64,000 bases of DNA from Eledone cirrhosa (GCA_964016885.1 OZ024741.1:296236001-296300000), one strand, 5' to 3'. Numbered from the stretch's first letter, positions 1-14,345 are shown. Notes: generated by a model from the letters alone, not told the origin. Numbers and translations are program-made.

Positions 1-60
<60 letters not shown>

Positions 61-570
61 ACGCGTGCGCGTGCGCGATTTATTTTTAGATACCTTGAGC
101 GGATATGTATTTATTGAAAATTTAGAAGCTTCAACGTATTTGTTTTTTACTGTGAAAAATAGTTTAACAAATTGGGCATAAAGGCTTCGAGACGAAAAAA
201 AGTTGACAGCGACGGTGTGTGTGTGTGTGTGTGTGTTTGCCAAGCTCAACTTTGGATGACATATAAACGCATAAAGTTAGTAAATATCCAGAGCTGGATT
301 AAGTCCTTTTGAAGCCTTAAGTACTTAAAAGATTAGGGTGCCCCCTTATATAAAGTCTGCAATTTTTTTTCCGTTTGAATAGCAAATAGCTTTAATTTCA
401 ATAAAATGGTACCCCATTTCTTTGATGACTTAAACATGTGATTAAATTATTTAATGGTTCATCCTTCTTGATACCAAAGAGAAAAGGTTAACATTGGGAA
501 AATTCATATATATAGAATTTATATATCCTGTGATATATAAACCCACCTGGGTTTATATATCAACCGTACA

Positions 571-840
571 TACGGGGGTGGGCTGAAAAGTTCATAGGCT
601 GACTAGGAAGTAATGAAATCTTGCAAAATTTCATCTCCTCTTATTGATAGCTGGATTGTTTTTTCTTCCAGGTAAACTGACATCTGACTGTCCAAATAAG
701 ACTTCAACAATAACGAGTAGCGACTTCTCTTGAAAATGGCCAAGTTTTGCCATCGTGATGTTATCAAGTACTTCCAGAAAAAGGGTTAAGCCCCCAAGGA
801 CATTCATGCTAATATGATTGCTATATTAGTGGATGAACCT
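571..840 (+). mobile_element. mariner-like DNA transposon, 5' fragment
   Basis: Starts TACGGGGGTGGGCTGAAAAGTTC (mariner-type TIR). From 736 it translates MAKFCHRDVIKYFQKKG*APKDIHANMIAILVDE, resembling a mariner transposase N-terminal HTH, with a stop codon. Confidence 0.7.
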
Positions 841-1037
841 TTCAGGTGAGCGTTGTACATATACGGGGACCAGCACCACTGATAAACCCCGAACTTTCTG
901 CCACAATCATTGGATACTCATCGTCATGCAAGCATAGATACACGCCTACACCTACACCCATCAAGACCTGAGGCAGCTGTTAATAATGTTGGGTAGGAAC
1001 TGAGATATTGGAGTACACACACACTCACACACACACA

Positions 1038-1155
<118 letters not shown>

Positions 1156-1165
1156 ATATAGAAAC

Positions 1166-1213
1166 GGCTTCTACAGGACCAGAACTGTTTCATTCGGGAG
1201 AAATCATCAGGAA

Positions 1214-1216
<3 letters not shown>
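1166..1216 (-). ncRNA. type I hammerhead ribozyme, stand-alone between (TA)n tracts
   Basis: Minus strand: ggcttc-CTGATGA-tttctcccgaat-GAAA-cagttctggtcctg-TA-gaagcc. Perfect 6-bp stem I, stem III cag/ctg, intact core. Confidence 0.8.
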
Positions 1217-1252
<36 letters not shown>

Positions 1253-1311
1253 ACATATATTTATCTATCCCGACACACACACACAGACATATTTATATAT
1301 ATATACTGTAT

Positions 1312-1610
<299 letters not shown>

Positions 1611-1642
1611 ATAAATGGAAATTATATTTATAAAACCATATC

Positions 1643-1708
1643 TATTTCATTATATATATTTCGGGGATATCATATTAACAATATGCTATGCCTTCCTCAG
1701 ACAAAATA
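1643..1708 (-). ncRNA. minimal type I hammerhead ribozyme
   Basis: Minus strand: tattttgt-CTGAGGA-aggcatagcatattgttaatatgatatcccc-GAAA-tatata-TA-atgaaata. Palindromic stem III typical of PLE minimal HHRs; 40 bp from a (TA)n tract. Confidence 0.7.
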
Positions 1709-2067
1709 CAATATAAACAGTTTTATAGATAAATAGATTCGACATACCGTAACAACACCGACTTGCATTTGGAGAGGTTGAGCTGGCAGTGAAAAAATTT
1801 TACACAGAGAGAAAGAAAGAGAGAAAGAAGAAAGAAAGACAGAAAACGAAGAAAAGGAAGAAAAAGAAGAAATGCATGGAACAAAGTAGAGAGATGGAGA
1901 GATAGATAAGGAGAAGAGCTTCATGTAAAGAAACAGAAAGGGATATATATATATAGAGAGAGAGGAAATAGAGATAGATACATATATATATAGAAAATTA
2001 GGTAGTGGGAGGTCAGTTGAGTAAATGTATCAATGGTACATTTATTTATTTATTTATTTATTTATGC

Positions 2068-2285
2068 GAAGGCGTGTGGCTGGGTGGTTAGAGAATTGGA
2101 TTCGCAATCGTAAGGTTGTGAGTTCGATTCCTGGACCAGGCGATGCGTTATGTCCTTGAGCAAGACACTTTATTTCACGTTGCTCCTTCTACCTGGAGTT
2201 GCGACCGATAGATAGTATTAGCAATTGGAAAGACCAACGGAAACATTGTTCCCTCGGTCCGATTTGACGAAAGTCGATCGTTCCT
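2068..2285 (+). mobile_element. tRNA-derived SINE (family 1)
   Basis: A-box-like TGGCTGGGTGG and B-box GAGTTCGATTCC followed by TGTCCTTGAGCAAGACACTT. Near-identical copy at 57384-57600. Confidence 0.8.
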
Positions 2286-2572
2286 ATATATATATAAACC
2301 CAAGAAGCTAGATTTACCACCTTTGTAGTGGGTCCGGGTAAGTTTTTACATTCATATAAATTATTGATTTATTGATATTTTATCTGAGTGACCCGAATCT
2401 TCCTGGTCGTTATTTTTCGTCTGCACGGGTGATTTTAGACATAATCTTTGTGTGTTGGTATCTTAACGATAGTTATAGCTCTGATTTATCTGAATTATTG
2501 AGCCCTCTGCCACTCATGTCGGATTTTATTTATCGTAAATTCGTGAGCTGATTTTCCGATACTCGATTATTC

Positions 2573-2616
<44 letters not shown>

Positions 2617-2624
<8 letters not shown>

Positions 2625-3286
2625 AGATCAAAAGATGGTTAAAGGAGTTCAATATATTTTATTATGCGCATTTCAAAAACAAACATCATCAAACAATAAC
2701 ATTTGTGTTTTCATCAGATAAAACAGGAGAACATGATATGAAGGCTAAAAAAAACACTTGCTGATAGTGCAGTTTTAAATCAACATATGAAAAGTGGTTT
2801 TAGATTGATGTGTGATATTGGGAAAAATATTTTATTTAGAGAGGGGGGGAGAGAAAAGGATGAAAAGGGAAGGAGATGAGAGGGAGAGATGGGTGATAGA
2901 GAGAAAGAGATAGTTTTTATAACAGAGAGGAGATATATTTTATATAGAGGGGTTGAAAGCCGTTGGAAGATACTGTATAAATTAAAAATTTTTGAAAATT
3001 AACGAAGGGAGGATATGTGCGAGGAAAACATATATTATATTTAGGGAGGGGTGGGGGTGGAAAGGATGAAAAAAAGGGGAGGAGATGAGAGTGAAGGTGG
3101 AAAGGGAGAGATGGGTGATAGAGAGAAAGAGATAGTTTTTATAACTGAGAAAAAGATATAAAGTTTTAATATAGAGAGGTTGGGAACCGTTGGAAGATAA
3201 TGTAGATAATCCCACAAACTGTAGAGTGCTTCTTATCCGATATCTGCATTGCTTTATTGTACTACAATAAAACTCACCTCCTACAT
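2617..3286. mobile_element. Naiad-type PLE family A pLTR fragment with internal inversion
   Basis: 2617-3210 matches 9533-10080 (minus sense). 3211-3286 is the element 3' end in plus sense (matches 10801-10876). (TA)n on both sides. Confidence 0.8.
2657..2723 (-). ncRNA. minimal type I hammerhead ribozyme (family A)
   Basis: Minus strand: ttttat-CTGATGA-aaacacaaat...tgtttgttttt-GAAA-tgcgca-TA-ataaaa. Confidence 0.8.
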
Positions 3287-3310
<24 letters not shown>

Positions 3311-3318
<8 letters not shown>

Positions 3319-4781
3319 AGCTGACGGCCGTATGTAAATAACAAACTTTCTGCCAAGCGGCTGGACCAAACGGCACCAATTTTGCACCATAGATGTAACT
3401 TTTTCAAGTAAGAAAGTGAGGGTATTTTTGTCTACTGAATTTTGTTAAAAGAGTAAAGACATTATTTAAATATTCACTTCTTTAAAATTTTCAAATGTCA
3501 ATACTTCCGGTTATACGACATTCCTAACGTCTTCACGAGCCAAAGTATCATCTTCTTTCGGTTGCAACGTTTTTCGAAAGATTTACTTCTGCGTTCACAG
3601 ATTGATTTTTTTAGTTTCAAAGATCCTGTTAAGGGTGAAAGCAGCGATTCTTTGCTTAAACTTTAATCTGTTATTTTAATATATATATATATAATTATAT
3701 ATTCGTGTACAGATATTTTTGCATACACAAAAATAAAATATAAACAAACGTATTTATTTCACTAAAGTACAGACGGCTTATCGTCATTGTTACTGCCGAT
3801 ATGCCACCCAAAAAGTCCTAACCTGGCCGCAAGATCAGATTTTCCAGAAGAAAAAATGTTACTAGAGCAACAGAGAGACTAAGCTTCGCGATTACCATCA
3901 ACAAAGCTCAGGGTCAAACCCTAAATGTGGCTGGCTTTCATCTGGGAAAACCATGGTCAATTGTATGTAGGATGCTCTAGGTTGAGCTCGCCAAACAATC
4001 TCTTCATCTTTGCACCCGAGGGCCGAACAAAAAATATTGTATACTCTGAGGCTCTAACAATGTAATTTATGTATTTTCTGTTACTTGGAATTTCCATTAT
4101 GGTTGTACAAATTATTGTAAAGTTTGTTAAAAAATATGTTCTCTGTTCAACCTTTATTGTTGTAACTATCAATTTTCTTTAACGTACAGGCTGAGAAAAG
4201 AAACCTACAATGAAAGAACATCTTAAAGTTTACCCAAGCCAAATGTTGTATTTATTATCTATCTGCAGGTTCTTAGCAAGCTTACTGTCGCTTTAGTATG
4301 GTATTCAATTCTCATATCGTTTTTGATTGATATGGTGCATATATCGCAGCTATTCATATGTTTTAAACATTAGATAACGATTGATGATGTATATTGTACG
4401 ACGGAATTAGCTGAAAAATATTTTGAATGAACAAATAAAAGAGATATAAAAGAGAGATGTTTGTTGGTTGGTTGGTTCCTTCGCGTATCACACGAAAAAA
4501 AAGGAAAGTGACAATCGGAAAGTATGTACAGGATTGGGATAAGAGTATATCCAGGAAAGTTTATTGATACTAATTTTATAACACCAAGAAGAAGAAAGAC
4601 ATACCACGTATGCTAACCAACCTGACTGCTATTTCTAGAAGGTTGGGAAGCAACCATATGGGATTCTCTCTGCGAGTTCGTTGTCAATGATGATCGTGTT
4701 TCGCGGCCTATGTCTCCGATTCCAACGGTGGTTTACACACACACACGCGCACACACACACACACACGAACACTCACACATG

Positions 4782-4815
<34 letters not shown>

Positions 4816-4822
4816 CACACAC

Positions 4823-4858
<36 letters not shown>

Positions 4859-4869
4859 GAACACTCACA

Positions 4870-4939
<70 letters not shown>

Positions 4940-5045
4940 ACACACAGACTGTAAACAAGACAATGCATTCAATACAGGCGTTTTCACTTCTGCCGGTCTT
5001 CTCTTATCATTTGTTAACCTTGGCGAAGCTGGGTACCTCAGCTAG
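3311..5045 (+). mobile_element. internally deleted Helitron
   Basis: Contains a PIF1 helicase C-terminal remnant and ends in hairpin ccttggcgaagctggg + CTAG (5042-5045). A tandem second 5' end follows at 5047-5262 and matches 3311-3512. Confidence 0.7.
3876..4065 (+). pseudogene. Helitron RepHel PIF1-helicase C-terminal fragment
   Basis: RLSFAITINKAQGQTLNVAGFHLGKP / (frameshift) HGQLYVGCSRLSSPNNLFIFAPEGRTKNIVYSEALTM*, matching PIF1 motifs V/VI (TINKxQGQ, HGQLYVxxSR). Confidence 0.85.
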
Positions 5046-5390
5046 TATATTATAAAGCTAACTGCCGTATGTATGTAACAAAATTTTCGCCAAACGGCTG
5101 GACCAAACAGCACCAAATTTGTACCATAGATGTAACTTTTTCCAAGTAAGAAAGTGGGGGTATTTTTGTCTACTAAATTTGGTTAAAAGATTAAAGATAT
5201 TTTATTGTTTATTTAAATATTCACACTTCTTTAAAATTTTAAAATGTCAACACTTCCGGTTAGCGATCTCTCTCTTTCTTAGTCTGTCTTTTTAGATAGA
5301 TACATAGCTATAACATCGCGCCCTTATAATATCTGTCTGTATGTCTGGCTGTCAGCATTACGAAAACCATTCTGTACATTGACTTCGTTA

Positions 5391-5486
<96 letters not shown>

Positions 5487-5510
5487 GCGTGTATATATAT
5501 ATATAGTGAG

Positions 5511-5544
<34 letters not shown>

Positions 5545-5552
5545 CTCACATT

Positions 5553-5658
5553 AACTGTAAATAACATGTTTATGTATGTATATATACATGTATATACGTA
5601 TAAAGGAATGCTGTAATAGAATTTACAAATTAAACTGTCTCTTATTTATGATACAAAT

Positions 5659-5730
<72 letters not shown>

Positions 5731-5850
5731 GTATATATATATGTATTTGTATCATAAATAAGAGACAGTTTAATTTGTACATTCTATTACAGCATTCCTT
5801 TATACGTATATATACGTATATATACATACATAAACATGTTATTTACAGTT
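5553..5850. repeat. inverted repeat (~105-bp arms) centred on (TA)n
   Basis: 5553-5659 is the near reverse complement of 5744-5850. Confidence 0.85.
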
Positions 5851-6074
5851 GTATAAAAAAGAAGTATAATTGCTTCTACTTTTGGCAGAAGACCAGCAAT
5901 TATCTCAGTACATTACTGGTACTTTATTATATATAATATATATAGTACGACATTCTTCTCTCTTACTTACTCTGTCTTTTTAGATAGATACATAGCTATA
6001 ACGTCGCGCCCTTATAATATCTGTCTGTATGTCTGCCTGTCTGCATTGACTCTTCGCTTCTAACCAACTTTTAA

Positions 6075-6139
<65 letters not shown>

Positions 6140-6192
6140 TATATTCGTGTACATATGTTCAACAGTATTACTATACTATATATTTTCAACAG

Positions 6193-6997
<805 letters not shown>

Positions 6998-7012
6998 ATA
7001 TATATATATATC

Positions 7013-7139
7013 CTTTGAGCTGATCGATCGCGAAACCTGCGTCATATGTGAATAAACATAATGATGTTATATTGATACCTCGTTCCTACTCATTATATAT
7101 ATATATATATATAAATATATATATATAAATATATATATA

Positions 7140-7202
<63 letters not shown>

Positions 7203-7360
7203 CTATATATATATATATAAATATATAATGAGTAGGAACGAGGTATCAATATAGCATCATTATGTTTATTCACATATGACGCAGGTTTCGCGATCGATCA
7301 GCTCAAAGTACAATCAGTATCGATCGTTCGCGTCTCTTGAATCGATAACTAATCAGACTC
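7013..7360. mobile_element. inverted-repeat element around (TA)n carrying a degenerate long-stem-II HHR
   Basis: 7013-7095 is the reverse complement of 7225-7308. Minus 7271-7360 reads CTGATTA-gttatcgatt...gatcgatcgc-GAAA-cctgcg-TC, homologous to the HHR at 39895. Confidence 0.6.
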
Positions 7361-7407
7361 CTGGTTTCCTTAATGGCAGGAAATATCTACACACCAATAA
7401 ACTATAT

Positions 7408-7482
<75 letters not shown>

Positions 7483-7808
7483 TATATATATATAATATAT
7501 ATATATATATTTATTTTTGTGTATGTGTGTGTAGCAAAAATAAGTGGTCTATATATAGAGAGGTAGTATGTATTCTACTCTTGAGTTTTCTAACAAATAC
7601 ATACATGCACATGTAACGTATATACACACATGTATATATGGATATGTATATACGTATATGCATGCATATATATATACATTTGTACATAAAACACATACAC
7701 ATACACGTACACAAACACACACACGCACACACGCATTTATATATATATATTTGCACATAGGCCTATTTGTATATATATTGATGTGAGTGTATGCGTGTGT
7801 ATGTGTCT

Positions 7809-7942
<134 letters not shown>

Positions 7943-8646
7943 TGTGTGGGTGGTATGTTAACCTGTCACGCTCACTCACACATACATACACACAGTTTGC
8001 ATTCGGATAACAAATCACCAAATATGGTAATAGGCGAATGAATGGAGACTGGATCGGAACTTTGTATGAATGAGCGAACGATGGAACGATGGAACGATGG
8101 AACGATGGGATGATGGGATGATGGGATGATGGGATGATGGGATGATGGAATATTGGAATCAATGAAAGTGTGGGTTTATAAGGAAAGCTGTTGCCTTCCC
8201 TTGACAGAGTGAGGAATATTCCTGACGTAAAGATAATGGGGATGGTGGTGGAGAGGGGGAGGCGGAGCGTAGTGGTGGAGTGGTGGTAACGGAGACTGAT
8301 GATTGTTGGGAAGTGAGGGGTGGCGAAGGGTGGTGGGAGAGTGAGGAAATGGTGCAGTGGGGGAGATGGAGTGTGTTGATGGAGTGGGGGAAATGGAGGG
8401 TGGGTGGTGATGGAGTGGGGGAACGGTGCAGTGAGGGAGACGGAGTGTGATGATAGAGGAGGAGGCGGAGGGTGATGGGAGAGTGGGGGTGAATGAGGGT
8501 GGTGGGAGTGGGGAAATGGTGCAGTGAGGGAAACGGAGGGTGGTGATGGAGTGGGGGAATGATGCAGTGGGGGAGACAGAGTGTGGTGATGGAGTGGGGG
8601 AATTGTGCAGTGGGGGAGACGGAGGGTGGTGCAGTGGAGGAGGAGT

Positions 8647-8752
8647 GTATATATTGTGTCGTCAAGTATGAAATTTGTAGAAATTTGTAGAAATTTGTAG
8701 AAAAGAAACAAATTTCAACAAATTTCATACTTGACGATACAATACATATACA

Positions 8753-8754
<2 letters not shown>
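8647..8754. repeat. fold-back hairpin next to (TA)n
   Basis: tattgtgtcgtcaagtatgaaatttgt ... acaaatttcatacttgacgatacaata, with a tandem GAAATTTGTA repeat at the loop. Confidence 0.7.
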
Positions 8755-8805
<51 letters not shown>

Positions 8806-8876
8806 ACCACCGGATCTTGTTACCTGGAGATTTACCCATCTGCATTGTTGAGGCTTCCAAAACGTCCTAAAGAAAT

Positions 8877-8907
<31 letters not shown>

Positions 8908-8931
8908 TAGAATTGGTGCTCTGAAATAGCG

Positions 8932-9332
8932 ATATATATATGAATGTATATACAGTGTATTTTGCAATACACTGTATGCTTAATTAAAAGCATTTCGAAG
9001 ACCTTATGCTATTGTTTTAGAGTAGTGACAGTCTCACTTACTTTAATTTTCAGCAAACAGGGCAACCGCTCTGTATAATCAGTTCCTGATTATTACTAGA
9101 ATTCTATAAGAATCAAACATTTATGATTTTCAGCAAACAGGCGGAGTACTTAGCTTTGATAAGCACCAAAAAGTGCGAAACAGAGATCTGTCAGCTTTAT
9201 CTCCCCTGTTTGCTGAAAATTAAAGTAAGTGAGACTGTCACTACTCTAAAACAATAACGTAAGGTCTTCGAAATGCTTTTAATTAAGCATACAGTGTATT
9301 GCAAAATACACTATATATACATTCATATATAT
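8932..9332. mobile_element. inverted-repeat element (~130-bp arms) with the 3' half of an HHR
   Basis: 8932-9061 is the reverse complement of 9205-9332. The plus strand near 9270 reads GAAA-tgcttttaattaagca-TA-cagtg (stem III tgctt/aagca); no intact CTGANGA upstream. Confidence 0.6.
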
Positions 9333-9385
9333 ACTCTTTTACCTGTTTCAGCCATCCGGCTGAGGCCATGCTGGGGCACCGCCCT

Positions 9386-9449
<64 letters not shown>

Positions 9450-9572
9450 GGAGGTGAGTTTTATTGTAGTACAATAAAGCAATGCAGATATCGGATAAGA
9501 AGCACTCTACAGTTTGTAGGACTGGAGTATACATAATATAAGATCAAAAGATGGTTAAAGGAGTTCCATGTA

Positions 9573-9639
9573 TTTTATTATGCGCATTTCAAAAACAAAC
9601 ATCATCATGCAATAATATTTGTGTTTTCATCAGATAAAA
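9573..9639 (-). ncRNA. minimal type I hammerhead ribozyme (family A)
   Basis: Reverse complement of the HHR at 10682-10748. Confidence 0.8.
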
Positions 9640-10681
9640 CAGGAGAACATGATATGAAGGCTAAAAAACACTTGTGGATAGTGCAGTTTTAAATCAACAT
9701 ATGAAAAGTGGTTTTAGATTGATGTGTGATATTGGGAAAAATATTTTATTTAGAGAGGGGGGGGGGGGTGTGGAAAGGATGAAAAAGGGGAGGAGATGAG
9801 AGGGAGAGATGGGTGATAGAGAGAAAGAAAGAGATAGTTTTTATAACTGAGAGGAGATATATTGTTTTACATAGAGAGGTTGAAAACCGTTGGAAGATAA
9901 TGTATAAATTAAAAATTTGAAATTAACGAAGGGAGGATATGTGCGAGGAAAGAATATTTTATTTATGGAGGGGGTGGTGGAAAGGATGAAAAAAGGGGGA
10001 GGAGATGAGAGTGAAGGTGGAGAGGGAGAGATGGGTGATAGAGAGAAAGAGATAGTTTTTATAACTGAGAAAAAAATATATTGTTTTACATAAATTAAAG
10101 GAATTTGAAAATTAACGAAGGGAATTTATGTATGAAGATAGAGAGAAAAAATAATAATTGTGGATGAATATTCTAACGTCAAAAAAAGTGTGTGTTGATA
10201 AGTATTGTGGCAATTTCAAAATTAACGAAGAGAAAAATTATTAAGGTTTGTGTGTAGAAGGATTTGAGAAAAATAATGTGAAGTTAAAGTTTGTATATTG
10301 AAGGAATTGATAATATATGCGAATAAAGAGTTAATATGTATTAAGAATGAGTTCGTTGATGGGATTTATGATAGAGAGAAAAAATAATAATGATTGCGGA
10401 TGAATATTCTAACGTCAAAAAAATAAATGTATATGTTATGAAGGATTTTACAAGGTGAAGATAGAATGAGGGTAATGAGTAAACAAGTATTATAGAGTGT
10501 ATAATGCCCTTTAAAGTAAGGTGGGAAGATGGGTATATTTTAAAGAGGTGTATGTATATGTGCCTCTCTAAATAAAATATTTTTCCCAATATCACACATC
10601 AATCTAAAACCACTTTTCATATGTTGATTTAAAACTGCACTCTCCACAAGTGTTTTTTAGCCTTCATATCATGTTCTCCTG

Positions 10682-10748
10682 TTTTATCTGATGAAAACAC
10701 AAATATTATTGCATGATGATGTTTGTTTTTGAAATGCGCATAATAAAA
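10682..10748 (+). ncRNA. minimal type I hammerhead ribozyme (family A)
   Basis: ttttat-CTGATGA-aaacacaaatattattgcatgatgatgtttgttttt-GAAA-tgcgca-TA-ataaaa, about 200 nt upstream of the RT ATG. Confidence 0.85.
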
Positions 10749-10954
10749 TACATGGAACTCCTTTAACCATCTTTTGATCTTATATTATGTATACTCCAGT
10801 CCTACAAACTGTAGAGTGCTTCTTATCCGATATCTGCATTGCTTTATTGTACTACAATAAAACTCACCTCCTACATTAACTTGCTCCTTAACGGTTGAGC
10901 GCTTACTCTCATATTGGATACCTTTTGATGGTCCTTCACCTCTTCTTCTACAAC

Positions 10955-11809
10955 ATGGATTATTACAACATAACCAATTCAACTAAAGACATTCCTATAC
11001 CTGGTAAATCTGAATTCACCAAACTTCTTATTGAAAAAACTGACTCCTTCGTAAGAAGACTTAGATGGACAGCCTATTTCTATGACCAGCGCCTTAAAGG
11101 GAACTTCCACACCAAAGAACATAACTTCCTCGATCATCTTTTTAATTCTAGACGAAATCCTCCTTCCAACAAAAATCTAGTACAATTCGAGGAAGAATTA
11201 ACTAAAATAATAAAAAATCTTAAATTCAAGAGATACCCTTACAAAGGACAAGAGCACCTTGTAAATCTCAAGAACACAATCTCTAACCTAAATTCCTCAA
11301 AAAATGTTTTAGTCCACTCTGACAAAACCAATAACTTATATGGTATTTCCAAGGATAATTATAACAACCTTATCCTAAAGGAACTTAGGAAAAAGTATCG
11401 TAAAACCAACCATGAAAATTTAGAATACATAAACCTTGAAGCCTCTGAGATTATGTCAAAACTTGGCATTGAAAAAAAGACCGAACCATTCCTCCCAAGA
11501 ATTCCGAGGATAAATCTCAAGGATCACAAAAACAATTTTCGCACTGAACTACCTGTTAGATTAATCGCCCCCTCTAAATCTGATCTGGGGGTTGTTAGTA
11601 AAGCCATCTTGGATAGAATTATCCCACAGGTTAGTTCTAATTGCTCTTCTTTGAACCTAAATTTATGGTTTGGTACTTCTGAGGTGATTTGCTGGTTCAA
11701 CAAATTGGATAATAAAAACAAACTAAAATTTATTCAATTTGATATTGCCAGCTACTATTCCTCCATTTCGCCTTCACTTCTCAATAATGCTCTATCTTTC
11801 GCACTTAAA
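10955..11809 (+). pseudogene. Naiad-type Penelope-like reverse transcriptase, 3'-truncated
   Basis: STKDIPIP..., RRLRWTAYFY, VHSDKTNNLY (DKT variant of PLE DKG), KDHKNNF...RLIAPSKSDLG, FIQFDIASYYSSI (RT motif A). Homology stops before YxDD. Confidence 0.85.
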
Positions 11810-12499
11810 ATAATAATAAAAAAGAGAGAGTGTCTTATGCGAAGGGGCGTCTAATAGGCCGGAAAATACGATATATTATAATTTAGCGTTAAAAAAATTT
11901 ATATTGCCACGAAAAAAGCCATTAAAAAATCGCGGATATTTACAATTTCGCGAATATACGTTGGTTTCCATGAACAATTATTAGGTTCTAAGGAAAATTC
12001 TGCGAATTAACTGGGACCGCGAATGCCGGTGGTACACATCGGTCACATCGGTCACCGTCGAGACCTCAGGTCTCCTCGGACCCCGTACAGCCCAGCTCCT
12101 CCACAAAATTGGAACATCAACAGTCCGCCTGAGGAAGGAGCCCGCGGGTTGCGGTGGTTGTTGCAGCGTGTGTCCACGGAAATGCCCAAACACCGCCCCG
12201 CTCTAGGTCCAGAGCCCATGACCGTCTCCCCTTCCCTCTACCTTGAGTCCTTGCTTTTTCCCTCCTTTTCCTCTCATTTATGACATTTAGAGTCCTTTCT
12301 TCTACTTTCCCATACAGCCATATCTGCCATTCTTTACCCCTTCCGCTTTTTCTTAATTACTTAATTTTGTTTTTATCTTTCTTTTTCATATTTATGTAAT
12401 TATCAATGATTTTTGCTTGTTAATATTTAATTGAAAATCAATATCTAATTGTATATTTCTTATCATGGAATAGTTTATCATAATTATGTTACATTATAA

Positions 12500-12675
12500 T
12501 ATCGGTAGAGGGTCGGACACCATGCTTTGACGCATTGAGTTACGGCCCTTGCCATTCTGAGTTCAAATCCCGCCGAGGTTAACTTTGCCTTTCATCCTTA
12601 CAGGGTCGATAAAATAAAGTACCAGTAATACACTGGATAATTGCTGGCCTTGTGCCAAAAGTAGAAACAATTATA
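12500..12675 (+). mobile_element. tRNA-derived SINE (family 2)
   Basis: CTGAGTTCAAATCCCGCCGAGGTTAACTTTGCCTTTCATCCT...GGGTCGATAAAATAAAGTACCAG core, repeated many times in the window. Confidence 0.85.
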
Positions 12676-13519
12676 ATAAACAAGATTCTAAACACTTAAA
12701 AAAAAACGTTTCTGAAAAACTTTACAGCGAAATTTCTTTTCCTCACACACAATATTGACAAGATATATCCAAGGTTGCTTGGTAAGGGAGGTGATCTTTC
12801 ATCCCGCAGGAATAAAAAACAACACCCGCCAAAGGGCAGAGGAAATGAGGAGAGTCAACGACCATCCAATAATGTTTACATATTGACATATTGTGTAGAT
12901 ATGTATGTGTGTATGTATGTGTGTATGCGTATGTTTATGTATTCATGTGTGTATGTGTGTGTATATATATATGCAGTCTGCTGAGAGGCGTGCTACTGCA
13001 GCCAAGGGAACAATAAAACTGGAGAGGTGAAACTCCATGATAAATAAGACATGAGACCTGCTGTTCGCCGTCTTTATGGCAAGCATTTGTATCAATGCTG
13101 TGCTATCAATTATTCCAAAAAGTGTGGATGATTTTACCAAGCTTTCATCACTTAAACAAGTCATCCGTCTGGGTATTCTAACAACTAACATGAGTTTAGT
13201 TCCACACAACTTCACCTTTGCAACAAAGTCCTCTGGCGAGAGAGGGAAAATAACGGAGACAGGTCAAGGTTATTATTAGAAGTTTCTAACTGGAGCTCTA
13301 CACAGTGGTGACCACTAGGTGATGACCGTTCTAGCACAATCTGGGAGAAATTGTGCTGTTTGTATCCTCCAGTAGTGACAAAGCAGGTCAATTTAGACGC
13401 ATCGCTGCTTTTCACAATCAGAAAAGTGGGTGAGAAAAGGAGACCTAAACATTTCTTGCTCACATTTCTAACTTGGCAGCCAACTACAGCTGCCTGGTTA
13501 TCCAGTACATACAGTAAGA

Positions 13520-14345
13520 ATATGAAGCAATTGAAAATTAACAAATTATATCTTTGTTCTTGGAATGTAAACACACTCCAAGACAGCGACTCTGCACCAG
13601 AATGCAAGAAGGCATTGGTGTCCCTTGCACTACGGAAATATAATATTGACATAGCTTCACTCAATGAAACATGCCTTGCAGATTCATCACAATTAGAGGA
13701 AGTGAAAGAAGGGTATGTGTTTTTCTTGTCAGGGAAAGTGAGAATGAGCCGCGCCAGTCAGGTGTTGGCTTTGCCATAAAATCAGAAATTATCAGATCCC
13801 TTTTTAATCTACCCATATGTATATCAAACCACATCATGACACTAACATTTGACCCAAAACGCAATACTAGTGGTTCATTAGTCAGTTGCTATGCTCCAAC
13901 CATGGCCAGTTCGGAGCAGGTTTAAGAGAACTTCTATGACCAACTCCACAACGTCATCTCTTATATTCAACATAGAAGTAAAATAATTCTTACGGGGGAT
14001 TTCAATGTTTGAGTAGGTACAGACCACCAGTCCAGGCAGAGAGGACTAGGAGACGGTCGAATGAACTCAATTGGGCTCCGTCTTCTTATTTTTCAATAAA
14101 CAAACTACCGCAAGACATCCCGAATGCATCCTCAACCCAAGGTTTGGCACCTCATAGACTTTGATATCACAATAAAACGAGATTTGAGGGTTATTAACAT
14201 CACATGCTCCTTCCACAACACTTGCTGTCATTCGGGTTATACTCTCCTTCATAGTAAAGTTTCATTCCGTCTGGCACTCAGAAGACTCCAAAGGTCATCC
14301 GTACCTAGGCGCATTAACACTGAACTTTTGAAAACTCGTGAGAAA
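13520..14345 (+). pseudogene. RTE/BovB-like LINE AP-endonuclease fragment
   Basis: SWNVNTLQD...RKYNIDIASLNET...GYVFF; EPRQSGVGFAIK; VSCYAPTM; ILTGDFN; KVWHLIDF. Contains frameshifts and stops. Confidence 0.8.

Larger units (their letters stand above)
9447..11809. mobile_element. Naiad-type PLE family A: divergent inverted pLTRs plus 5' ORF
   Basis: 9447-9755 is the reverse complement of 10565-10875, and each arm carries an HHR. The plus arm continues into the RT ORF; the left end abuts (TA)n. Confidence 0.85.

Noticed and set aside
2068-2150. tRNA genes at SINE heads
   Set aside because: A/B boxes continue into SINE bodies repeated across the window; no complete cloverleaf.
12010-12240. GC-rich island with CTGAGGA as an HHR or exon
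   Set aside because: No stem II-closing GAAA or stem I partner; the ORFs are short and unrecognisable.
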